Below, piece after piece: positions 44,533 through 54,770 of a stretch of DNA of 64,000 nucleotides. The first letter of the stretch is position 1. Each line of letters starts with the position of its first letter. Below the pieces are notes generated by a model, which worked only from the letters and a program-made list of their open reading frames with translations, made no database searches and was not told where the DNA came from. The DNA comes from Takakia lepidozioides. Its lineage: Eukaryota > Plantae > Bryophyta. The position numbers and the translations under genes are program-made. The DNA is taken from NCBI GenBank assembly GCA_030704615.1, contig CM060733.1, positions 46,314,001 through 46,378,000 of the forward strand. The letters are read 5' to 3'.

Positions 44533-47195
44533 ATGGAAGAAGCTTGCCCAAAAGGCGGAGCCGATTGGGTGGAATATGTGCATGCCCCTCGCCACAAAGC
44601 CAAGAGAAGGTACTGGTATGAGCCAAGTGAGTACGATGCTAAAATAGTAGAAGCATTTTTGGACTTGCGCGAAGCGAAGGAGAAAGAGAACTGGCCAAAG
44701 GATCGGTTTCAGTGCCCCTTTTGCCCCGATATTGTCAAGGACAAAGAGACTCTAAACCGCCATGCCCTTGATGGAGGATGCAAAGGTATGGTCCCTGAGA
44801 ACTTCAAGCCTTGGCCCAAGCCAAGTTCGTCTAAGGCCGCAAAAGAAATCACTGCAAAGTATAGGGGTGCGCATGTCGTCGCTCGATCTGCTGAGGAAGT
44901 GCGGCAACGTTATTACACTGAAGCCGGCCTACTAGGCCCCGGCCTCGTTGTGCCAGTGAAGAAAATGAAGCTCAGTGATGGAGCTAAGAAAAATGTAGAC
45001 CACAAAAGTCACAGATCTGGCAGTACCAGTACTGGCAGACCACGGGATATGAGAGTGAGTAGCAAAGAATTGCAACCAGGTCAGTCCCAGCAGACCAACA
45101 CCAGCGGACCACAGGCTGCCGTTTTAACTTTGTCGTCCAGTGGGGATGACTCAAGTAAGGAAGACTCTCATGAAGAGGAGGATCATGTTCAGGACATGTC
45201 GACGGAGCGGCCGAGACTACTTGTGAGACCGTACTTGGTGAACGACCCCATTGGGTACGCCCCGCCGGTACATGACCTAACCCTTGACTCGGACATCCCC
45301 ATGGAGGAATCACACCCTCAAACAGACCCACGACGCCCACCACATATCAGACCCAACAAGCAGACCAAGAAACAGCAAACCCTGACTGACGCTCATGGAG
45401 ATGTAACGGGCACCCCTGTCCGCCCTGGCACATTATACCTGCTTCCCCACGGTTTTCTACCAGACCAGTACCAAGATGAATCAGATCCGGACTTTTTCCC
45501 TTTTTTGTATGCTTATGTGAGATCATGGCAGATACAGCAGACCATTGACAAGCCGAGAAGAAGTGGGTGGAGGCACGATCACACCCAAGGGATGAAGACT
45601 ACAACGGCCTCCAGGTACTTGAACCACTCTTTCTGCCGTCTACCGTATTTGAATCTTTCGATTTCCTGGTTGCAATTAGTGATATGCTATGCTGGGTGTT
45701 GTATGTGTGGCCCGCTGCTGTCGGTATACTGTTCTGGGTTTGCTATTCTGTACATGGTACTGCATTACTTATTCTGGTTGTGGTTTGCTCTATAGGTCCA
45801 GAACCGTGTGACTACTTTCCTCTGTTGCAAATCATAATGTTTTATTATTATTATTATATATGTGGTCTGCTACAAACCGTCTACTGTTTTGGGTCTGCTT
45901 TGCATAACATGGTACTGCAGTTGCTTTGAAAGGCGCACTACTGCCGTGGCTGTGGTTTGTTGCATGGGTCCACGGCTATGGTCTACTACTATGCTCTACT
46001 GGTCTACTGTAATGGCCTACTGGTGTATGGTCTACTGGTCTGCTGTCAGGCCCAATCTACTAGTCTATGGTCTACTGCTCTATGGTCTACTGGTCTAATG
46101 TGAAGGCCAATATTGCTGTTTGTTTTCAGGAGGCGAATGCGCAAGACAACCGAGTGTACAGGGCTTTGCAAATCTGGAAGTACAGGTTGAACGGTCCTCC
46201 CTTGGAAAATACACTTGTCCGGAATGAGGTCCGTGATATTCGTGACTACATCCTGAGTCTGTATCCACAGACGGCTGATGCCATTGCATCAATTCAGGAT
46301 GGTACCACTGGCCGCGCAACAGGCCTCCCTCCATCTGTTGTAAAGGCTTTTGAGAGCGTCGGTCAGACTAGTAGTCCCGGCTCAGTGGACCTTTCTTCCG
46401 TGATCCGTCCTCCAGCGGACCTTCGTACATCTTTAGCAGACCCTCAGCAGACCACATTGCGTGGTCGAACTGTTTTCCCATTTGGCAGACCATGGCGTCC
46501 TCCACAGCGGTCTGCAACTGATGAGGAGGACCCCACTCTTCCGAAGTTTCGTTGTGGGGACAACAATCGGCATCTGGACTGGTACAATGAGCTTCACCAC
46601 ATCGTCGCCTCCCGGTGGACCTTTTCTCCACAACACTCCTCAATGGAGTTCACGGCGGAGGAGGCGACTCGTATTTTTGACAAAGCCCGTGAGTATGGAG
46701 TGGCGTTTCTGGCAGAGGAGACCGAGCCACCGCTTATTGCGCAACTCTTTCTCATGCACAACCCACGCCCACTGGAGATAAGGCACATGACCATCGCCCA
46801 CCCAATATTTGGTGTTCGTCCAAAGCACTTAGCGAGCTTGACAGAAACTACTTTTGAGGAGATGGCAGATTGTTTCCTACGCCGTCAATGGATGCAATTT
46901 GGCAATTTCAGGTCTTACACCAAATTAAAAAAAAACCTTCATAACTTGCGGATGGACCTGCTGCACGGAAGCGAAGAGGCTCGGGAAAGTATCACGCAAG
47001 ACGCCATGATGTGGTTTGTGACTGTGCAGGAGCGTGCAGTTTTCGACATTGCATTCAACAAACGACATGCTTTCCAAGTGCTCTGGAGCGGGTTTCCAGC
47101 AGAGGACCGTGTTGCAGCTCTGGGAGAGCTTGACGAGGCCTTCATGGATCAGCTTATGAAAGATATTGGACTGTGGACCACAGTCCTAGATCATG
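44533..47195 (+). pseudogene. Element B cargo gene, 5' half (CxxC...H...C finger plus unknown helical domain)
   Basis: ORFs of 420 aa and 389 aa; FQCPFCPDIVKDKETLNRHALDGGC; probable intron 45615-46129; phase-1 donor at 47196. Confidence 0.65.
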
Positions 47196-47460
47196 GTATG
47201 TCATCAAACCGAACAGACCTTGTTAACAGACCTTGACGTTGACCACGAACGAAGACCTTCTAGCAGACTTTATGAACCATGACAACCAACAGAGCCCCAT
47301 GTGAATCAAACCCCATGTATTCTTCCGTTTGTTAGCGGACCAGGGATGAGTGCTTTGTTTTTGACATGTCACATGGTCTGCCCTGTTTAATCTCATGCTT
47401 GTGGCAGTGCTGAATACGAATGCCCGGTTCAGGCACTTCTGACTTTGTGGCCGCATGCAG

Positions 47461-48724
47461 GTCTGTTTTCACAAGAGTAAGCATTTTCCTTTGCCTTTGG
47501 CATGTACGGAAGGCCTGGGTCAAGCAATCATGCCAGAAAATCAGTGATCCGGGAACATCCTCGAAACTGTTGGTAGATATGGGCGACCTTATGTACTGCA
47601 GAGGTGGACTGCAGAAAGAAGACGAAGCTGTGAAATGGGTTAAGAAAAAATTGAAGGCAATGAAAAAGAAATATCCGTCTGGTCAGTTGTTCCTCCACTA
47701 CATTCATGTGTACTGGGTTCCCAAAATCGCTATGTGGTGTACTGTTGCCCGCAACATTCCACATGCAAGCCAAGATACTAATGCAAGCATCGAGGCATAC
47801 CACGGAAACTTAAAGGCAAGACTTAATATGGGCAAAGGCAAAATGACCGGTCGAAGAGCCGATTGGCTCATATGGGAGTTGACTGGGCGTGTACTGGTCC
47901 ACTACTGGTACGGCATTCATCTGAAGACGTATGGGTTTATTCGCAACGATAAACAGGAAAAACACATTTCCAGTGCAATATGTGCAGCCCGTGACATACC
48001 TCTTTCACGTGTGACTTTGCCTGCAGCGCCTGGGCAACCTGCTTACATGATCAGCTCCTCCGATCCGAATACAACGTGCACCGTGTTCAATCCAGAGTCG
48101 CAGTGGGCCTGCTGCACCTGCCCGTGGGCGCTGAAAGGCAATTTGTGCAAGCACCAGGTTCGGGTCATAAAGTTGTTAAAACCAGACCTGCAAGACGGTC
48201 TTATCGTCCGGACATGTGGTTCCCACTTCGGTACTGTTCACGGTGGGCTGGAGAATTTGGACGAACACGACGACATGGCAGCATGCGACCTCAAAAGTGG
48301 TAACGTGCGTGCAAGCGCAACCCCGAACACGACAGAGTCATTGCTCACGGCAGACCTGTTGGAAGCTATTTTGAAACGGGAGATAACCGACCTGCTTGAC
48401 CTTGTACACAACGACACATACCTTATACACCATTGCTTGTCTGCGGTGCGTGTTTGCCGAGGGCAGATGCAGGACATCCTCGTCATAAAAGCTTCCGGCA
48501 TGTTACACCCGGCTGCAGCACGAGCGTTCAATCGAGTAAAAGACAACAACAACATGTCATTGAAGAGGAAAAAAGATTTTGTTGAACATTTTCAAGCTCG
48601 GCGGAAAATGAAACTAAATGGGGGGAAACGTGTGTCTGCCCTTCCCCCTGTTAGCCATATTTACTCGGCTCTAAGGCAGGTGTTTCATCGTCCAGAACTG
48701 AGAAAGATGGATCAATCTAACTAA
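47461..48724 (+). pseudogene. Element B transposase, C-terminal half
   Basis: LCLWHVRKAW (CxxH), DTNASIEAYHGNLK (catalytic E region), SWIM CTCPWALKGNLCKH. Uninterrupted ORF. Confidence 0.88.
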
Positions 48725-48762
48725 GGACAGGACCTGCAGTTGTCCAATGCGGTAGATCAATT

Positions 48763-49015
48763 CTCACCTGCAGTAGACCAGATCGGCAGACCATTATTGT
48801 AGACCACCTGCAGTAGACCAAATCGGCAGACCGTTATCGCATACCACCTGAACTTGTAGACCAATTCGGCAGACCATAATTGCACACCACCTGAAGTAGA
48901 CCAGATTGGCAGACCGTTATTGCAGACCACCTGAAGTAGACCATTTCGGCAGACCATGATTGCACACCACCTGCAGTAGACCACCACTGACTTGTAATAG
49001 ACCAATGCGGCAGAG
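48763..49015 (+). repeat. About 40-bp tandem repeats (CACCTGCAGTAGACCAGATCGGCAGACCATTATTG...)
   Basis: About 5-6 degenerate units, each with 2-3 YAGACC motifs. Confidence 0.8.
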
Positions 49016-49145
49016 CATCTGCGACTCCCTTAATGTGCTTTTTAAAGGTTTGATGAATGAGACCATGAAGTCAAAAAATGAGCCAAAGTGAACCAGTAAA
49101 CGAATGTAGTAGAGTAATGAAGCAAGTATAGTTCAATGAAGCAGA

Positions 49146-49730
49146 CCAAAGACAATACACTCGACTAACGATGGGACTGACTTGTGCCCCACATTTAGCC
49201 GACCACCGAATTTAGTATACCACTATCTCACGGAGCAGACCAACAACCGTGGAGGTAGCAGACCAATAACATTAATTCAGTAGTAGACCACGTCGAGGAG
49301 TACTGCATACATCGACAGATCAATAACATCGGACAAGCACACCACGTGGATCACTACTCAATACAAAACGTCGACCAGAAGTAGTAGCAGTAGACCACGA
49401 CAGCAGACTCATGAAATGTTCCACAGACCATATGAAGCAGACCAATACAGTACAGGGGTAGCCCAAGACAGTACACTCGACTAACGATGGGACTAACCTG
49501 TGCCACCGAATTTGCTATACCACTATCTCATGGAGGAGACCAACAACCGTGGTCCAAACTAAGTCCACTTCGTGGAGATAGCAGACCAATCACTTCAGAA
49601 GCAGACCATGATCAGGAGTACAACATACATCGGTTCACAAGCACACCACGTGGAGCACTACTCAATACAAAACATCGACCAGAAATGTTTAACAGTAGAC
49701 CATGACAGCAGACTAATGAAATGATCCACA
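49146..49730 (+). repeat. Direct duplication with about 315-bp period
   Basis: TACACTCGACTAACGATGGGACT, CAAGCACACCACGTGGA and CTACTCAATACAAAAC each occur twice. Confidence 0.8.
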
Positions 49731-49790
49731 AAAGTGTACATCATATATAAAAATGAACAGACCTGCACCATAGACCACATGAGTGAATTT

Positions 49791-52700
49791 TCATTTATTG
49801 CCAGGCCTAGATGAAATAACCCGGACTTCGGAAGAGTCTGACACGTCCGAAATCTTCCTAGATGACAACTGTCTTTCTACAACTACATTCTTCATAGTAC
49901 TAAGTGCTTTCAAAATGTACTCAACACACTTTAGGTGTTGCCTGCAAGCATAGCGGAATGTAAACCACTTTGAGGTAAACGGTGACATGAGGTAAAAGCC
50001 ACATTCCCAAGAGAAGGGTTGTTGTGGCACTTCAGGGACATGAAAATTGAATCCAGTGGCCTCGTCCCACGACGCAGTGTGCGGCTCCAAGCCGAGACAT
50101 GCTCCATACACATTTCGTATACATGGCAATATCTCCACGGGTTTGTGCATCTCTTTGATTGAGTTCAGATGAGTTAACACGCGGAACACCCGGTCAATAA
50201 TCACCAAACTCCAATGAGACTTGCCACAACGCAGGGCGCATCAGCACAAGGGAACAGCTGCAAATCAAAATGGCAGACCCATTGAGCAGATTGGTAGACC
50301 TGGGCAGACCAATGTTGCAGACCAGTGATGGTGGACCAATGATACAGGGCAGAGAAACAGTGGTACGCATGAACGCATAGCACTTATCCATCAACTATTG
50401 GTACCAATATGTACTTGCAGGTCTTCAGGTCCTTCCCCATACGATGCACTGTCAATCCGTGCTCCACCTGCGAGCGAACCCGTTCCTGACCTGCACTCCA
50501 GTGAATCTTCACTACACTCCAAACCCACGTCGGAAAAATAGCAACATCATTATATGTCTTGACATCCAAATCCTTCTGATAAAATCTACACCACAACTCA
50601 AGCAAATCGGTCTGTAACCTCGGATTCCTATTTCTCTAGCGATTTGAGGTCCTCGGTGGAAATACTGCACTCAAACTGTGGGTCATTTTCAAAAAAGTAC
50701 AGCATTGCTTTTCCCTCAGAGATATGTGCGTTGAAAGTGGAGCCAAATCGGGCATTGCACAAACTCGGAAAAACCCTTTAAGAACCGGGCTGGCGGACCC
50801 AAAAGGACCAGACCTACAACGGATACGGTTCCGGACCCAAGGACCAGACCAACGGAGCAGGCCAATGGAGCGGACGAACGGCAGCCACATCTAACCCAGC
50901 AGACCCATGAAGTAGACCCATACAACCTTTTTGCTGCAGACCCATAGACTTGGTGTGTTCAGAGCATCGCAAGCAGACCAATGACACTTACTTTTGTTTG
51001 TTACGCAGCTCCGCAACTTCGCTCTCCAATTCCAAGCAGACCTTCCGGTCAGCACTCATGTATACTCCGGACTTCGGTTTTTTGGCAACGCCTTTTTGGG
51101 GGGAAATTGTTTTTAGCCTCGGGTATGGCACGCCATCTGGTATGCGCTTCTTCCCAGCTCTATTTGGTGAAGCAGGTTCCTCTAACTTCTTTTCCAATGC
51201 AATAGTCGCCTCCTTCATACCCTCCCGGAGCTGGTAGCTCGGCTTCGCAACAAAATTTTGTCCTGGGGTTTATTAACACTTTGTGGTCCCGTTCTAGACG
51301 CTTCCTGCACTCCATGGGTCGAACTGGCCCCTACGGTGGGGGATATCACTACTGGTACACCCTTTGTGCTTGACCGCATGTTGAGCACCTGCGACGGATC
51401 ATGAGCTAAGACCTCAGACGCCATAACCTTCACACGAATATCAGACCACAAAACATCAGCAATGACCACCCAAATGCACTGGGGAAAAAAATGGACTGCA
51501 AAAATACAATGGAATCAGACCTTTGTGGGCGCTGTGGGTGTCTGCAATTGCACCACTCCTGTGGCAGGTACATCTTCGACTACAGTGATTGGTTCCACAG
51601 AATGAGAAGGGACAGAAATATGTGCATGGGTTTCAACAAGGTCTGATGAATGGTCTACTATGGGGTCGAACATGCGGAGCACCCTATCAACGGATTGGTC
51701 TATTGCTAGTAGTGGGTCTTCAGACGAGTCGGGGTCCACAAAAGTAAGCGGCAAAATGGCCAAAGATGCATCCTCATCTGCAGTAGACCCTGCCTCTAAC
51801 AGATGGGGAAGGTCACCGACCAAACTGTCACAGTCATAGTCCATTGTTGCAATTGCAGAATTGGTCTGTACTATGGATAAATGAGCACTGACGCCTTCCC
51901 GGTTCTGTTCAGGCAGTGCTGTGTCAGAAGGTCTGTGGCAAGGGTAAGGTCCACTACCATTCTCTGCTTCTCAGCAGATGTTGCAGTGGGGGGGGGAAAA
52001 GAATTGCTCCTCTCATTTTCGGCGACTCGTATGTGCCAGGGAGGATGGGCGTTGCTTCCTGGGTTATCGCCAGGTCTCCAGATGGTCTGATGTCTTGCAC
52101 TGGCAAGGTCTGCTGATGTTGGAATGGTGAGGTGTCGGCGTCCATACCTGCGTCGCGATACACTTTTGCGGTGCATTTGTCAAGCAATGTACCAGCCAGG
52201 GTGTCCTCCGGCAAGGTCTGATCTTCTCTCCTCTGCTCCAGCAAGGTCTGATCAGGTCTGCACTGGTCAAGAAATGTCTGCTCTGAGACGGTCTGGTCTG
52301 GTATCCTCTGGTCTTTTGGGGTATGGTATGTTGTGCACTCGGATCGTCTGGAGTCCTGCGCTATGGTCTGGTCTTCTGTGGTCTGCTCTTGTCTTGTCTG
52401 ATTTGGGGTGGTCTGGTCTGATTTGGTATGGTCTGGTCTTGTCTGGTCTTGTCGGGTTTGCTGTGGTGTGCTCTGGCCTGCACTAGTCTGCTCAGGTCTG
52501 ATTTCCACTGCAGCGGTCTGCTTTGCCAAGGTGATGGGTGCCCGCTGATCTGGAAAGGTTTGTCCATGTCCGATCTAGAAGTTGTTATCTGCAAAGGTCT
52601 GCATAACCAAGGTCTCCCCAGTAATTTTGGGTAAGGTGTGCAATGCCTCCACGAAAGTCTGTTTTGGCAACGAAAGTTTTTGTCACCCACATTCTCTGGC

Positions 52701-53019
52701 TTGGGATCACTGGCAATCCAGTCGGGGGTATGCTGTTCCTTGTTCTCCGTAATCTAGTCGGGGGTCTGCTGGTTGGCATGTCAGTACTTGGGATTTGGCT
52801 GGGAAGGATCTGCTCGCTCCACAGTCTGCTCGCTGCGGGTCTCCTGGGTCTCCATGTGAGTTGGGTTCTGTGTGTCTGCTGTTGTACGAACTCCAATAAG
52901 CCTACACTTAACGGGTGACTCGACTCCAGAATGGCCACGGAGGGCTTGTAGAAGCTGCCTTGCGCCATTGGCATACTGGTCAAGAGCATTCCGAACAAGC
53001 TCGTCCTCTGGATCATACT
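49791..53019 (-). pseudogene. Element B cargo gene, 3' half: QT-rich low complexity region plus Ulp1 (peptidase C48) domain
   Basis: KYILVPIVD | HWSLVIID...HLNS...VPQQPFSWECGFY gives the His, Asn/Asp, Gln, Cys order of C48 proteases. Confidence 0.8.
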
Positions 53020-53025
53020 CTGCAA

Positions 53026-54770
53026 GACAATGAAGGCATTTGGCCGCCAGTTGGGCTTTTCCTGAAGGAGGGCATCACGCAATGCTAGCACCACGGGATA
53101 AGGTCTGATGTTCGATTGCGTGCTGACAAAATGTATGCAACCGGAATTCCGTTCAACCATTGGTCGAACACCATCAACGTGTACAAGGAGAACTGCATGA
53201 AATGACAATTTGTAATTAGCAAACCAGTGTCGTACCGACAGGAACATGGTCTACTGCAATAGGGTGAAAACGCACATGGTGTATTGCAACTTGGTGAACA
53301 CGCATAGGGTGTACTGCAACTTGGTGAACATGCACATGGTCTACTGCAACATGGTGAACACGCAAAAGGGTCTGCCCTAAAACAGAGTGCAGTGGAAGGT
53401 CTACTGGAACAGGGTATACTGGGACAGGGTCTACAACAGTTAGGTCTATCGGGATTGAGGACGAATAAGCAATGCACCACAAGAGTGTGAGACCATTGTA
53501 GTATGCTATCATGCTAGCAGAAGCCCATGGAGAGGGTCCATGGCAGACCTTGTGATGGTTAGTTCCAAATGTAGTGTCGCAAGCTACGATGCGCGCATGG
53601 CCCAAGTCCAACATCTTCTGCCGCTGCCAAGGAGTCTAAATCCCAATGGTGAAGGTCAAATCTCCATCAAAATGTTGAAATGTGGGTGCCAATGATTCCT
53701 CCTGGTAGAAGAAGACCGAGTCCGGGTTTTGATCTTTCCATATTGTGCGTCATCAGCGTGTTTTTTGAAGGTCTGCTAGGCTCGTTTTTCAGCGAGATTT
53801 CAGACATCTTGCTCGAGGAGAAAGTCGTTGCGTATCCATGCGTCTCCCAAGCCACTATTCTGCATGACGTGCTCTTTGTGTTCAATCATGACTTGGGCGA
53901 CACTCAAGCCTTGAGACAAGCATTCCATGATCCACTTTTTGAGCTCCTCGCTAATATGTGGAGCATAAGCATATCGGCTGAACAGGAACTCAGCATATCC
54001 GCCATGAGAGGGTTTTCCGGGCACATCCAGGTGTTGCATGTTGTTATAATATGTGATGACCCCAATGTCTTGAGCAAGATAACATTGCGAGACTTTGAAA
54101 CAACAGAGACACCCACGCTTGTAAGACTTGCCATATTGGCTTTTCTTTCGTCTTGGATCTTTGTGAGGATTATTGCTTCCAGCCCCAACGTCCGGACCTC
54201 CTCACTTGACTTTAGGATCCGTGACAGTCAAATTGTTGGTGCGCTTGTCCTCTGGTCCATAACAACACTGATACCTGGATAGGGTCGTATGTCATCGACA
54301 CCCATGGAGTTCTGCAAGCATGTAAGACAGCCTAAATCCTATCTACATATCATGCATGTACATGTCCGACAAGCACAAGCACAGGGCATGAACAAAGAGG
54401 CAGTGCGGGAATATGGTGCAGACATGACAGAGGTTAGATATGTGTTAGCTCTTGGAGCTCTTCGCGGTCTGGGCTTCGCGTTAACATGCACATTTATGTA
54501 AAATTGGGTGGAACATCCATCTCTACTCTCCTCTCCAAGTACAAAGTCGGGCACTCTCTGCTAGGGAATACAGGCCGTGCGGACCTGCACTTGAGAGCCC
54601 ATGTATCCAGAGCGACTCTTGTTCTTCCAGTAAAGGTCTTTGCAGGAAAATGACCCATCTTTTGGTGTTTGAAGACATTGTCGCAGTGGACGTATAAGAG
54701 AGCTTTCTGGTTGGGCATCGACGGCCGCTGCTATATACGGTGCAGTACCCCTTCGCACACTCGAAAGCAC
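53026..54770 (-). pseudogene. Element B transposase, N-terminal half
   Basis: LIRPLRQCLQTPK, DFVLGEES, YAYAPHISEELK, ACDTTFGTN, SLYTLMVFD, WRPNAFIV. Stops and frameshifts present. Confidence 0.85.
53245..53430. repeat. About 30-bp intronic tandem repeat (GGTSTACTGCAACWTGGTGAACACGCA)
   Basis: About 4-6 units in a transposase intron. Confidence 0.75.

Noticed and set aside
48763-49015. Repeat array resembling CRISPR
   Set aside because: Degenerate tandem units without unique spacers, no cas genes, eukaryotic transposon context.
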